64,000 nucleotides of DNA from an uncultured Candidatus Saccharibacteria bacterium (GTDB lineage: Bacteria > Patescibacteriota > CAZHWT01): the NCBI GenBank assembly GCA_964554805.1, contig CAZKPX010000001.1, positions 317,798-381,797 of the forward strand. Direction: 5' to 3'. The translations under genes and the position numbers were made by a program. Positions 1 to 10,711 of this stretch are shown one piece after another; position 1 is the first letter of the stretch; each line of letters opens with the position of its first letter. The notes under the pieces were generated by a model. It ran no database searches. It was not told the origin of the DNA and worked only from the letters and a program-made list of their open reading frames with translations.

Positions 1-353
1 ATAGAGGGCGTAGGTAGTGGCATACTCATTGTGCCAACGAGCTCAATAGTATAGAGCTACCTCACGAAGCGAAGCGGAGTTACTCTCCCCGCTACTTTCT
101 GATTCCTGCCCAGCAGGAATGACAAAAGGGTGAGTAGGGTGATTGGGGATATTGGAGTGATTTGGTATAATTGCTTGGCTAATGCTGCTGACGTAAGAGC
201 TAGCGCCTAGAACTAGTTACTCAGGGGCCGCCTTGAATATTGCTGAGCAATATTTAGATCAATTAATTCGGCCTGGTTTACTAGGCCACGGTGCAGCGGT
301 AGTAGTACAAGTCTTTAAAGGTAGTAAAATTACAGAAGTGTCATGCAACCCTT

Positions 354-443
354 GGAGGGGTCGCATAGTGGCCTAGTGCGTTTGTTTCGAAAACAAATGT
401 GGGCGCAAGCTCACCGGGGGTTCAAATCCCTCCCCCTCCGCCA
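354..443 (+). tRNA. tRNA-Ser (anticodon CGA), long variable arm
   Basis: Acceptor ggagggg/cccctcc; anticodon stem tttgt/acaaa with loop ttCGAaa; long variable arm; T-loop ttcaaat; 3' gCCA encoded. Confidence 0.85.
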
Positions 444-451
444 TAAAAAAG

Positions 452-477
452 TACCTCCCTAAAGGAGGTCTTTTTTA
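452..477 (+). terminator. rho-independent terminator after tRNA-Ser
   Basis: Hairpin acctccctaaaggaggt followed by a run of 6 T. Confidence 0.6.
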
Positions 478-484
478 TGGCGGT

Positions 485-531
485 GACCGCTATATTATGA
501 TTTGTTTGCTCGTCGCAAACCACTGAAGGGG
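485..531 (+). repeat. short repeat (gaccgctat..gatttgtttgctcgYcgcaaac..tgaagg), copy 1 of 3
   Basis: Near-identical 47-nt unit also at 563-609 and 1594-1640, each downstream of a tRNA-Ser; contains a gtttgc/gcaaac hairpin. Confidence 0.6.
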
Positions 532-562
532 TACCTCCCTAAGGAAGATTTTTCATGTCGGT

Positions 563-609
563 GACCGCTATATTAATGATTTGTTTGCTCGCCGCAAACT
601 CCTGAAGGA
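563..609 (+). repeat. short repeat copy 2 of 3
   Basis: Same unit as 485-531. Confidence 0.6.
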
Positions 610-702
610 CTATTTTTATAACGGAAGTCTTTTTATAGTAGATAACGCTATTTATCTATGTACGGGTGATTTGAGGGTGTTTTGAGGTGTATACTTTAGA
701 TT

Positions 703-1236
703 ATGATTAACTATGAATCGATTTCGCTAGTAGGTGGTCGGAATGTGTCGGAAATACTTACTGAATTGGCAGAGCGGTCCCAAGAGGCTGGGCAGGTGGT
801 TGTTGACATGGATGCGGAGCGTCCTTGGGGTGGGTTTATTCGATTTGATTCAACAGGAGCTGAAAGTTTTGCTAGTCAGTTTTTTGGCGAAGAGCTGTCT
901 GGGTTGGCTGAACTAGGTTTTGAGAATATTAGTCCAAAGTTTTTGTTGGTGAAGCCAGGTCAACGTTTGAGTTGGCAACGCCACCAGAGACGCTCGGAAT
1001 TATGGAAGTATCTGTCTGACGGCGGTGGGTATAGCAAGAGTTTTGATCCAAATGACCAGCCTGTTTTTGAAGCAGAAAAAGGCCAAATGGTTGAGCTAGA
1101 AGCCAAGCAGTGTCACCGACTACTATCTCGGTCTGATAATTATGTGTTAGCGGCTGAAGTATGGCGACATGCCATGCCAGGTCAACCTTCTGATGAGGAC
1201 GACAATGAGCGATTAGAGGATGACTACAATCGTTAA
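703..1236 (+). CDS. cupin-domain protein (phosphomannose-isomerase type II C-terminal-like)
   Basis: 177-aa ORF; motif FLLVKPGQRLSWQRHQRRSELW resembles cupin motif 1 (G-x5-HxH-x3-E). Confidence 0.5.
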   Translation: MINYESISLVGGRNVSEILTELAERSQEAGQVVVDMDAERPWGGFIRFDSTGAESFASQFFGEELSGLAELGFENISPKFLLVKPGQRLSWQRHQRRSELWKYLSDGGGYSKSFDPNDQPVFEAEKGQMVELEAKQCHRLLSRSDNYVLAAEVWRHAMPGQPSDEDDNERLEDDYNR

Positions 1237-1466
1237 GGCTGGCGCATTATTGTTCATGCTGGAAGTTTGAACCGATATTTGATAAGATAGGCTCGCTCTC
1301 ATTGGAGTGACGCGTACAGGTGACGAGTGCGAGTCGGAGCATCTTTGGGGCCGCCTGGAGAGCGCAGCTCTCCCAGATAAAAAATCGGTCTAGTTTACTA
1401 GACCACGGTGCTTCGGGAATAGTGTGGTCTTGAAAGTAGTAAAATTACGTAGTGTCATGCGCCCTC

Positions 1467-1554
1467 TGGAGAGGTCGCATAGTGGTCTAGTGCGCACGCT
1501 TGGAAAGCGTGTGTGTCGCAAGGCACCGAGAGTTCGAATCTCTCCCTCTCCGCC
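1467..1554 (+). tRNA. tRNA-Ser (anticodon GGA), long variable arm
   Basis: Acceptor ggagagg/cctctcc; anticodon stem cacgc/gcgtg with loop ttGGAaa; T-loop ttcgaat; gCCA encoded. The upstream 90 nt, including a ggtctagt/actagacc hairpin and tagtaaaat, is conserved with the first tRNA-Ser. Confidence 0.85.
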
Positions 1555-1593
1555 AAAAATACCTCAGGCTTTGCCTGGGGTATTTTTGTCTGA

Positions 1594-1640
1594 GACCGCT
1601 ATCTTTTGATTTGTTTGCTCGCCGCAAACCACTAAAGGGA
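1594..1640 (+). repeat. short repeat copy 3 of 3
   Basis: Same unit, here downstream of the second tRNA-Ser. Confidence 0.6.
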
Positions 1641-1906
1641 TTTTGTAGAGGTCGAGTTTGTGAACTCATTACGAAGCAAGAGGGCGTAAGTAGTGGAAGT
1701 TATTGCTCAAAGAGCAAAATAACTGAAGCTACCGTTACAAGCGCAGCGAGTTACTCTGTAAGCGTAATTGGCGGTATTCCGAGGTTGTCTGGAGTGGCAA
1801 CTCCCGGAGTTGCCTGGCATAAAGAGGGGGGGGTGAAATGTTGAGGTATGCTTGGTTGCCCAAATATAACCCAAAGGTTTGGGCTAAAGCGTGGTAGAAT
1901 GGGGGC

Positions 1907-3793
1907 ATGGAATCGCAGGTTGAAGAGGTAAAGCGGAAAACTGATATTGTGGAAGTTATTGGCAGCTATGTTCGGCTGAATCGGGCGGGGCAGACCTATA
2001 AGGGGTTGTGTCCGTTTCATGGGGAGCGGACGCCGTCTTTTATGGTGTCGCCGGATCGTGGGACATGGCGGTGTTTTGGTTGTGGCGAGCATGGCGATGT
2101 GATTTCTTTTTTGGAAAAACATGATAATTTAACCTTTATTGAAGCCTTGGAACAGTTGGCAAAGCGGGCGGGGGTGGAATTGGAACGTGACGAGAAATTT
2201 GCAGCGAAGGGGCGCAGCAAGCAGCGCTTATATGACATTTTGAATTTGTCGGCTGAGTATTATACGTATTTGCTGGTGGAGCATGATTTGGGCAAGGAAG
2301 CCCGTGAATATTTAGCTAAGAGGCAGGTGGATAGTGAGCTGATTAAGCAGTATCGGCTTGGGTTTGCCCCTGATTCATGGCAGTCATTGCAGCAGTATTT
2401 GACTAAAAAAGGTTTTGGTTTGGAGGAAATTCGTCAATCGGGCATGAGTAGTCAGAATGATGGTGGTCGGGAGTATGATCGATTTCGGAATCGGGTGATG
2501 TTTGCGGTAACTGACGGGATGGGGCGAGTGGTGGGCTTTAGTGGGCGAAGTATGGAGGCTGAACCGAAGGGGGCCAAATACTTGAATAGTCCGGATGGGC
2601 CTTTGTTTCATAAGGGGCAGCTGCTGTATGGATTGTCGGTAGCCAAGGATTCAATTCGAAAAAAAGACCGAATTGTCTTGGTGGAAGGGAATGTTGATGT
2701 GCTATCGTCAGCCCGAGTGGGTGTGGGCGAGGTAGTTGCTCCATTGGGTACGGCCTTGACTGAAGATCAAGTCAAGGTGATGAAGCGATTTAGCGGTCGG
2801 GTCTATGTGGCTTTTGACGGGGATAAGGCGGGTCAAGCTGCGACTCGGAAAGCTATTGATTTGTTGCGGCAGGCTGAGTTGGATATAAAGATTGTTCGGT
2901 TGCCGCATGGCGGTGATCCGGATGAGTGCATTTCGATTGATGCTAACAGTTGGGTGAAAGCGGTGGATGAGGCGACGGAAGTGGTTGATTTTTACTTATC
3001 GTGGGCTGGATCTCAGCATGATTTACGAACCGAAAAGGGGAAACAGGCGGCGGCAGAGGAGATTTTGCCGTTGTTTATCTTAAATAATAACAATCAGCAA
3101 GCTCAAGCTATGCTTTTTCCGAAAATTGCCAATGCTTTGCAGTTGGATGAGGCGGTGTTGAGGAGACAGGCTAGGGAGATGCTGCGCCGGGAGGCGCAGG
3201 GACGACAAGCGACGAGCGACGAGCGACGAGGCTTGGGGGGCGGGAAAACGCAGGAACGGGCGACGGGCGACGAGCGACGAGTTGTTAAAAAACTAAGTCG
3301 GCAGGAGGTGTTGGTGGAGTATTTGGTGGGATGTTGGTTGAATTTGCCGTTGGAGGAGGTGCAGGCTGATCGGTTTGGTGAGATGTTGGCTTTGTTGCCA
3401 GTTGATGCGGCGGAACATGAGGCTGAATTGGTGGCTGCGTTTCGAGAAATGGTGGCCGAAAAGGGTAGATTGTCAGTTAAAAGATGGGCAGATAGTTTGT
3501 CTGAGGAGGGTCAGGCTGAATTGGACCGATTAAGTTCGGTAGTGATAGAGTCTAGTTTGACTGACAGTGGTACAATAGGCGTTGTTAATAACAGTTCTAT
3601 AACAGTTGATCAGCGCTTAACTGAGTTGCTTGATGTGGTACGAGAGATTAAAAGGCTTTCTTTGAAAAAGCAGTTGGATACACTAAGCCGTTCACTCAAG
3701 CAAGCAGAAGTGTTGGATAAACACAAAGTTTTGGAACTTCAACAACAATTTATTGAGATAAGTGGGCAACTTTCCGCTATGGGCAGGAAGTAG
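1907..3793 (+). CDS. dnaG: DNA primase
   Basis: CHC2 zinc finger CPFHGERTPSF..CFGCGEHGD; TOPRIM LVEGNVDVLS; 628 aa. Confidence 0.9.
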   Translation: MESQVEEVKRKTDIVEVIGSYVRLNRAGQTYKGLCPFHGERTPSFMVSPDRGTWRCFGCGEHGDVISFLEKHDNLTFIEALEQLAKRAGVELERDEKFAAKGRSKQRLYDILNLSAEYYTYLLVEHDLGKEAREYLAKRQVDSELIKQYRLGFAPDSWQSLQQYLTKKGFGLEEIRQSGMSSQNDGGREYDRFRNRVMFAVTDGMGRVVGFSGRSMEAEPKGAKYLNSPDGPLFHKGQLLYGLSVAKDSIRKKDRIVLVEGNVDVLSSARVGVGEVVAPLGTALTEDQVKVMKRFSGRVYVAFDGDKAGQAATRKAIDLLRQAELDIKIVRLPHGGDPDECISIDANSWVKAVDEATEVVDFYLSWAGSQHDLRTEKGKQAAAEEILPLFILNNNNQQAQAMLFPKIANALQLDEAVLRRQAREMLRREAQGRQATSDERRGLGGGKTQERATGDERRVVKKLSRQEVLVEYLVGCWLNLPLEEVQADRFGEMLALLPVDAAEHEAELVAAFREMVAEKGRLSVKRWADSLSEEGQAELDRLSSVVIESSLTDSGTIGVVNNSSITVDQRLTELLDVVREIKRLSLKKQLDTLSRSLKQAEVLDKHKVLELQQQFIEISGQLSAMGRK

Positions 3794-3910
3794 AATATTG
3801 GATATGGAATATTGAATATGGAGCTATATAGCTATATCCTATATTCAATATCCAGATACTAGTGTCCAATATTCTGGGATAATTGCATGAACTCGGGAGG
3901 GGTATTGTAT

Positions 3911-5101
3911 ATGGCGACTGAAAAAACAACAAAAACTACCAAATCCACAACTGTAAAAAGTGAAAAAGCAAGATCAACTAAGTCGGCTGCAACTAAGTCG
4001 GAGCAGGAAGTGGTTGATCCTAAAGCTCGGGCTTTGAAGGTTAAGAAGTTGTTGAAAATGGGCCAAGAACAGGGCTTTGTGACCTACAAGGATATCTTGG
4101 CGATCTTCCCTAATGCTGAAGAGAATGTTGAAGAGTTGGACACTGTGTATGCTCGACTTTTGGAAGAGAATATTGATGTGTTCGAAGTTGGCGATGAAGT
4201 GGTTGAAACCAAAGAAGATCCTTTGGAAAGCCTGAAGAAGCAGTTGGACGAATTGACAGCCAAAGAGGCTAAGAGTACTTCTGATCCGGTGCGCATGTAT
4301 TTGCGTGAAATCGGCAAGGTATCTCTGTTGAGTGCTGAAGATGAAATTAAATTGGCTCAGGCGGCTGAAAATGGTGATCGTGAGGCTGCTCAGAAGTTAA
4401 TTAACGCTAATTTGCGTTTAGTGGTGTCTATTGCTAAGAAGTATGTGGGTCGTGGTTTGACTTTGCTGGACTTGATTCAAGAAGGCAATATTGGCTTGAT
4501 GAAAGCAGTGGAGAAGTATGACTGGCGGCGTGGATTTAAGTTCTCGACCTATGCGACCTGGTGGATTCGCCAGGCTATTACTCGAGCGATTGCCGACCAG
4601 GCGCGAACGATTCGTATTCCAGTGCATATGGTGGAAACAATTAACAAGTTCATTCGGACTTCGCGTCGCATGGCTCAGGACTTGGGACGCGATCCTACTC
4701 CTGAAGAGGTCGCTGAGAAGATGGGTATCGAAGTGGAGAAGGCCCGGGAGATTGTTAAGATTTCTCAGGAGCCAACTAGCTTGGAGACTCCGGTGGGCGA
4801 GGAAGAAGATTCCAAGCTGGGCGACTTCATTAAAGATGATGTGATGATGGCGCCGGATGATGCGGCTTCTCATGAGCTGTTGAAGGAGCAAATGCAGGAA
4901 GTGCTGGATACTTTGGCTCCTCGCGAGCGTCGAGTTCTAATTTTGCGTTTCGGTCTGGAGGATGGTCGTCAGCGAACTCTAGAAGAGGTTGGAAAAGAAT
5001 TTGGCGTTACCCGAGAACGTATCCGTCAGATTGAGGCTAAGGCGCTAAGGAAGCTGAAGCATCCGACTCGATCGAAGAAGTTGAAAGACTACTTGGATTA
5101 A
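3911..5101 (+). CDS. rpoD: RNA polymerase sigma-70 factor RpoD
   Basis: Region 2 [16 protein letters not shown]; region 4 [26 protein letters not shown]; RBS gggagggg before ATG 3911 (the ORF is open from 3887). Confidence 0.9.
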   Translation: MATEKTTKTTKSTTVKSEKARSTKSAATKSEQEVVDPKARALKVKKLLKMGQEQGFVTYKDILAIFPNAEENVEELDTVYARLLEENIDVFEVGDEVVETKEDPLESLKKQLDELTAKEAKSTSDPVRMYLREIGKVSLLSAEDEIKLAQAAENGDREAAQKLINANLRLVVSIAKKYVGRGLTLLDLIQEGNIGLMKAVEKYDWRRGFKFSTYATWWIRQAITRAIADQARTIRIPVHMVETINKFIRTSRRMAQDLGRDPTPEEVAEKMGIEVEKAREIVKISQEPTSLETPVGEEEDSKLGDFIKDDVMMAPDDAASHELLKEQMQEVLDTLAPRERRVLILRFGLEDGRQRTLEEVGKEFGVTRERIRQIEAKALRKLKHPTRSKKLKDYLD

Positions 5102-5146
5102 TTGGCTGAAAGCCAATTAATCGGATATGGTAGATAGGATATAGAA

Positions 5147-5192
5147 TATCGAATAAAAGCCGCTGCAAGTTCAAAAACTCAACAGCGGCTTT
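5147..5192 (+). terminator. rho-independent terminator after rpoD
   Basis: aaagccgctg..cagcggcttt stem followed by a T-run. Confidence 0.65.
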
Positions 5193-5198
5193 TATTGT

Positions 5199-6218
5199 GT
5201 GTTGGGGGAGGTATTGCTATATACTTATGGTATGAGCGCTGAGTTGCCACAAATACCTGAAAATAGTGTAGACAAGCCGGGCTTGCCAAGTGATGAGCTA
5301 TTCAAGCCGACTGCCGAACAATTAGCAGCATTTGAAACGGTTTATGGGCGAGTGATTGAGGAATTGCCTGAGTTGGCTGATGATATTTCTAAATCACTTG
5401 AGACTCCTCATATTGGACCTTATCATTGTGAAGGGGATATGTTGCAACATCTCCAGCTGATGATTCAGACTTTGGATGATATGCAGACGGGGCGATTTGT
5501 GGAGTCTTTGCCTGAGGGTTATGCGGAGCGATTTAGATTATTGGCTCAGGAGCAGACCCGGTCCTGGGAGCAGTTTATATTTCTGCATGATGTGGAGAAG
5601 CCGAATTGTATGCAATTGAAGCTGGCGACTGAGCCTAAGAGTGTGCGGGTGGACATTAGTTGGGAGGAGTGGAAGGCGATCGAAGCGGCTGGTCGGCCGT
5701 ATCGGTTTGTGGATCCGGCTTCGGGCCAGGAGGCGGTGATCGAGTCGACGGCTTTCTTTCATCAAGGAAACAAGGCGATGGGTCGTCCAGCGGCTAGTCA
5801 TGGTCAGGCGGCGGCGGATAGATTGAGTGATGTGGAGGCTCATCCGGGCGTGGATGAAGCTATTATTCCGTTGATCGCTGATCATGAGTTGGCTTTTAGC
5901 TTCCAGGATAGAATTAATACCCGGACCTACACTAAGCACATTGCTGAGAATCCGGAGTTGGCGAATCGGATTGATGAGTTGATGCTGGTTAATTATCTGG
6001 ATCTAGCATCTTCGTGGAGAGCGGAGACTGGTAAGCCGAATATTGATAGTTTGTTGAATATGATGGTGTCTAGGGCGAATTATGAGTTGGTGCAGCAGGT
6101 GGTGGCTGAGTATGCGGCGAAGGGTGTTGAGGTGAAAGAGGCTGAGATTAATCGTTTGTATAAATTGCCAGTGGAGTTGAATAGGGAGATGGTGGAGCAG
6201 GAATTGCATAAGTCTTAG
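5199..6218 (+). CDS. hypothetical protein, possible HD-domain
   Basis: 339-aa ORF; weak HD-like motifs HCEGD and FLHDVEKP. Confidence 0.45.
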   Translation: MLGEVLLYTYGMSAELPQIPENSVDKPGLPSDELFKPTAEQLAAFETVYGRVIEELPELADDISKSLETPHIGPYHCEGDMLQHLQLMIQTLDDMQTGRFVESLPEGYAERFRLLAQEQTRSWEQFIFLHDVEKPNCMQLKLATEPKSVRVDISWEEWKAIEAAGRPYRFVDPASGQEAVIESTAFFHQGNKAMGRPAASHGQAAADRLSDVEAHPGVDEAIIPLIADHELAFSFQDRINTRTYTKHIAENPELANRIDELMLVNYLDLASSWRAETGKPNIDSLLNMMVSRANYELVQQVVAEYAAKGVEVKEAEINRLYKLPVELNREMVEQELHKS

Positions 6219-6270
6219 GCGATTACACTGAGAGGGTAGGGTATCTGTAGGGTGCGTTTTTGTTTATTGG

Positions 6271-8565
6271 TTGGTTGATTGTATACTGATGGTTATGGGT
6301 GAGCAATTACTTAATAGATCTGGTGAGAATCAAATAGATGATCAGGGCGCGGTGGTTGAGCCTGTTCTTGAAGAGGCTGAGACAGTCGAGCTTGCTGGTG
6401 AAGATGGTATTGAGCCTGGGATAGATGTTGGCGATATGAGTGATTTGGAAAAAGAATATCTGAAGGCGATGTACAAGAAGTATTCTTCCACTGATGAGAT
6501 GGTAGGGCAAGCGATAGAGTTGATGAGTCAGGAGGAGTTGCGAGAAAAGGGCTCTGAGCTGGCGGTTGAGTGGGCTGAGCAGGTGTTGGTTGAGTTGGCG
6601 CCTCAGTATGCAAAGTCCGATTTTGTTCATCCTTCGATGGGCTCGTCTCAGGTGCAGGAAATGATTAAGACGGTATTGGGCGAACGGGTGGGTTTGGATT
6701 ATGATGGTTGGCACAGCGGTGAAAAGGTGCAGGCTATGGTGGGATTTTTGGATGGGTATGTGGATTTTTGTTTGGATACTCTTGAAGCTGCTGATGGAAG
6801 TGAGCGGGAAGCTGTGCGCAAGTCGGTGCTGGTAATGAACAGCCTTGTCTTTGGCGGCAGTCCAAGCTTGGCTAATTGGGCTGGAGGAATTGACGGGATG
6901 GTAAGACTAGCTGCTCGTTGTAATGGACAGCCTGATATGAGAGAGTCGGCTGGTGAGCGCATTGTGGGTGAGGTTGTGTATCAGATAGCTGGAAATAGCC
7001 AGGTTGAGGTTGTAAGTGAGGGATTGGTCGGGTTGCTGGCTGAGAAAAATGGTCTTGAGCGAATTGAGACAATGGAAGTGTTGAGTCAGGTGGCAAGACG
7101 GTCTTTGGGAGAAGGTGGATGGGCTGGTTCGGTGTGGCGGGGAGTGAGAGAACGGCTGCGAGAAATGAGCAGGCAGGAAAAGCCAATGGTGGCGATGTCG
7201 GCTGATGTAGCTTGGGTAGAGGTTGCACAGACGATGATTCGCTATGGATATGTTATCGATCCGGAGGATTTGAAGTTGGTCGAGGAGCTTGAGAGTAGGG
7301 GCTCTTGGGATGAGCAACTAGAGTTTGATGATCGTTTTGGCTCTTGGGTGACTATTGCTCGGGGTTGTAAGGCTCCGGTTGATGATTGGGGTTATATTCA
7401 GGGGATTGTGTGGGAGGGCGATGGCGCACATAGGTTGCGGTTGGAAGAAGTGACTGATGATGAGAGGATTAACCCCTTGGGGGTGTCGATGCCTGGTCGA
7501 GAAGGAGTGTTGTTGCAGCAGCTCCACCGGCCGGAGATGAGGGGGCGGGTTGAGGAGGTGTTGGGTGTGGAATTGAGTGAAGTTTCTTTGGCTTCGCAGA
7601 TTCATCTGTTGCGATTTATGGTTGAGGCTGATCAGGATCAATTGGGTCGTTTAAAGCAGGTGATGGATAGACATGAAGGAGCTAGGATTGGGCTGTTGGA
7701 GTCTTTTTTGGCTTTGGAGATGGGGGATGAGTTTGGGGAGATTTTACTGGAGATTGCTGAGTCGGTGGATGGGGAGCAGTTGGGGATGATTTTGGGCTGT
7801 GTGGCGGATATTCGTGAGTCGATGCGTGTGATTGCGAATCGGTTTGACTTGGGGGGCAGGGGAGATGGGTATGCTAAGGGGATAAATTTGGCCACGGTAA
7901 AGAGGGTGACTGAGGTTTTGAGTGTAATTCCATCTTTGGCTCGTGAGGAAGGAGTGGTAGCTGTGTCGCCGTATATGAGAGGAACTGCTGAGGTGAAAAT
8001 TGGTCAAATTGAGCATCCGATAGCTGTCTTAAAACTGTTGAACAAGGCTCTGCAGTCGATGGCCAGTGATATGCAGGAGGTCCCACAACAGAATTATGTT
8101 GAAAAGTCTGATCCATCTTTGAATCATGTAGTTTTTGAGAGTGGCAACCGAATGACGATTAGGCCACATGCTTCGGAGGTGGGGGAGGCCCGGATGAGCT
8201 TTAGTGTGGCTCTGACCATGGAGGATTTGATTGAGTGTGGCTATGCGTTGGCCGATGATGATATGTTGACGACTCAGGAGAGGAAGCTGACTATTAGGTT
8301 GGATCTGGAGGAGTCGACAGGCCTGTTGTCTCTGGATATGGGGACGATTGAAGTAAAAGATGGGCAAAAGATGAGATTTGTGGACTTGCTGGTTGGTTTG
8401 GTGGTGACAGCAGGGGCGCAAGAGATGGCCCGGCGGAGGGATTTGCCGATAGATGAGGCCAATAATCATGTCCGGGAGGCTTTTGACCCTGATTTGGCTA
8501 ATCCGGCCAGGTATGGTGATTATTTGGAGAATGTAAAATATAGTTTTGCGCCGGTACCTCTTTAA
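6271..8565 (+). CDS. hypothetical acidic protein
   Basis: 764-aa uninterrupted ORF; no recognisable motifs. Confidence 0.5.
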   Translation: MVDCILMVMGEQLLNRSGENQIDDQGAVVEPVLEEAETVELAGEDGIEPGIDVGDMSDLEKEYLKAMYKKYSSTDEMVGQAIELMSQEELREKGSELAVEWAEQVLVELAPQYAKSDFVHPSMGSSQVQEMIKTVLGERVGLDYDGWHSGEKVQAMVGFLDGYVDFCLDTLEAADGSEREAVRKSVLVMNSLVFGGSPSLANWAGGIDGMVRLAARCNGQPDMRESAGERIVGEVVYQIAGNSQVEVVSEGLVGLLAEKNGLERIETMEVLSQVARRSLGEGGWAGSVWRGVRERLREMSRQEKPMVAMSADVAWVEVAQTMIRYGYVIDPEDLKLVEELESRGSWDEQLEFDDRFGSWVTIARGCKAPVDDWGYIQGIVWEGDGAHRLRLEEVTDDERINPLGVSMPGREGVLLQQLHRPEMRGRVEEVLGVELSEVSLASQIHLLRFMVEADQDQLGRLKQVMDRHEGARIGLLESFLALEMGDEFGEILLEIAESVDGEQLGMILGCVADIRESMRVIANRFDLGGRGDGYAKGINLATVKRVTEVLSVIPSLAREEGVVAVSPYMRGTAEVKIGQIEHPIAVLKLLNKALQSMASDMQEVPQQNYVEKSDPSLNHVVFESGNRMTIRPHASEVGEARMSFSVALTMEDLIECGYALADDDMLTTQERKLTIRLDLEESTGLLSLDMGTIEVKDGQKMRFVDLLVGLVVTAGAQEMARRRDLPIDEANNHVREAFDPDLANPARYGDYLENVKYSFAPVPL

Positions 8566-8660
8566 AATCTTATGTGATTACTAAGAGTAAGACAATTCCA
8601 TAGGTAGGCATAATCAAAATGCCCAAAGCGCAAATTTTCGGTTGGCTGTATACTTAGCAT

Positions 8661-9854
8661 ATGTTTGAATACCAAGAATTGTCACAGCACAAGCCTGGAT
8701 ATGACAGTGATGCTCAATTAATATCTAGCGATGTTGAGCTTGATCATACTCGTTATAACTCAGAAGTTGTTGATTCAGCCCGCCAATTAATAGCAGAACA
8801 GATTAATGATCCAGAGCTATCTGTGCAGCTTATGGATCGAGTGGGGGACATAGAGCAGTTTGGTGGCTGGCACGAATACGATGGAAGCACTCTGCTGGTT
8901 CGGACCGCAGAAATTATTCAGCAATGTGACAATATCACAAGACATGACGGTGCCCCAGAAATCGTCAGGAAGGCTGCAGCATCTTTGGTCAAAAGGAGCA
9001 TAGGTTTGGTTGACTCGGCAGCAAAGATTAATGAATTGCTTAAAGATTCAGATAGTAATTCTCCAGAAATTGACTTGCAAGAGATTGCTAGGGTACAGAG
9101 GGATTTTTATTATACAGTTCGCGCAATTAATCTAATACTTCAGTCAGATGAATCTATTGCAAGCGCATATGGCTACAATTCATCAGATTATATGGATCCA
9201 GAAGATTATACCCATTTGACTGCTGCTGTGGACTCTGCGCCTATGCCAGTGAACGAGGGACGGTTCTTTTCTTTTGAGGTTTGCAACCATTCTTATAACC
9301 CAGAAGGTGATTTTATTGATCTTCCGCAGGAAGACTTAAATGATATTGATGAGTTTCAACACAGGGGCAAAATCAAGCTGTTTATTAGAGAGCAAGGTAA
9401 AAATGCCAGAATTTGTTTTACCTATTTGCCTTATCAGGAATCAGCCAGCGCACACTATGAATCTGAGGTTACTCAATGGAGTGAAGGACGACAAGAGACT
9501 GTAAAGCATATTCAGCGCGGATTTAGAATTAGCATTGATCGAGATTCTCTAGGTATGTCTGTCGACGTCGCGCGTGGAGCGTGGGATGGTGTGCAATTTA
9601 AAAGGAAGGCTGATACAGGAGGCAAGGTGTTCGATCATGGCTCAGGAAGCCATGATTACAAAGCGTTCTCTGAAGATGACATCAAAGAATGGCATGACTT
9701 GGTGTTATGGGTTACTAACAGGGCTGCACAAACTACTGAAATAATGCAGACGATATTCCAGCCAGATGTTGAAACTAGCAATAGATCTTCCGGTTTTGAG
9801 GAATATTTATTAGCAACTCTACCTATGGAATATATAAATCGACCACCGAACTAA
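8661..9854 (+). CDS. hypothetical protein
   Basis: 397-aa ORF. Confidence 0.5.
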   Translation: MFEYQELSQHKPGYDSDAQLISSDVELDHTRYNSEVVDSARQLIAEQINDPELSVQLMDRVGDIEQFGGWHEYDGSTLLVRTAEIIQQCDNITRHDGAPEIVRKAAASLVKRSIGLVDSAAKINELLKDSDSNSPEIDLQEIARVQRDFYYTVRAINLILQSDESIASAYGYNSSDYMDPEDYTHLTAAVDSAPMPVNEGRFFSFEVCNHSYNPEGDFIDLPQEDLNDIDEFQHRGKIKLFIREQGKNARICFTYLPYQESASAHYESEVTQWSEGRQETVKHIQRGFRISIDRDSLGMSVDVARGAWDGVQFKRKADTGGKVFDHGSGSHDYKAFSEDDIKEWHDLVLWVTNRAAQTTEIMQTIFQPDVETSNRSSGFEEYLLATLPMEYINRPPN

Positions 9855-10711
9855 GAAGTGGTGTTTTCCCAGATACTATTGAATAGTTGGCGTAAAGTCT
9901 GAGCGATCTCGGGGTTGGTGATAATGGTAGTCACTACGCCCTGACGGTAGGTGCTGAGGGCAATATTGTCGCCGTAGACCATAATTTGGGCTGGAAAGAG
10001 GTGAGTGCCGAAGTGGCGGACAGCTACATTATTGCTGGCCAGCTGCTCTATTTCTTCTGGACTTAGTCTTTCTGCCTCAGAATAGATGGTTCTGACAGCG
10101 ATGCCTGCGGCGATTTGACGGGCGATTTGTTGGTCAATGGCTGTGGCTGACTGAGGATCATCTCGGTCATGGGCGCTAGGGAATATTAATAGTTCTTCTT
10201 TTTGGCGGATAATGTCATCAAATAGGGTGGTTAGGCCTTGAAGGCCCTCTAGATAGAGGACGCCTGGCTGTTCTTGGGTTAGCCTATAGGTGGATAAAAG
10301 TGACGGCAAGAGGCCTTCCAGGCGGTCAGAGCGGTCTTTGAGAGCCTTTTGTTGGCGGAGAATCATTTGCTTGAGGCTGGATGGGCTTTGGGCGGAGTAG
10401 GTGGTTTTGGCGGTGGAGGTATCTTTGGTGACGAGTTGGAGCTGTTCTAGCTGAGATAGGACCTCGTAGGCGTTGGTGCGGGTGATGTTGATGGCGGTGG
10501 CGAGCTGGGGTGGGGTGGTTTGGGGGGCGGTGAGGAGGTGGAGGTAGGTTTGGGCCTGAGAGGGATTGAGGCCGGCTTGGATTAGTTGGTCCAGGGCGGA
10601 GCTGTGCTCGGTTGTTGAGGATTGAGGGCTGGATGGTTTCGGCATGGGGTTTTGGGTTATGGGTGTCTTGGGGTGTATGGGTATTATAGGGTGTTTAATC
10701 AGTGCTGTCAA
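9851..10711 (-). CDS. TrmB-family transcriptional regulator
   Basis: N-terminal wHTH segment GLNPSQAQTYLHLLTAPQTTPPQLATAINITRTNAYEVLSQLEQLQLV matches the TrmB pattern. Confidence 0.6.
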   Translation of the reverse strand: MTALIKHPIIPIHPKTPITQNPMPKPSSPQSSTTEHSSALDQLIQAGLNPSQAQTYLHLLTAPQTTPPQLATAINITRTNAYEVLSQLEQLQLVTKDTSTAKTTYSAQSPSSLKQMILRQQKALKDRSDRLEGLLPSLLSTYRLTQEQPGVLYLEGLQGLTTLFDDIIRQKEELLIFPSAHDRDDPQSATAIDQQIARQIAAGIAVRTIYSEAERLSPEEIEQLASNNVAVRHFGTHLFPAQIMVYGDNIALSTYRQGVVTTIITNPEIAQTLRQLFNSIWENTTS

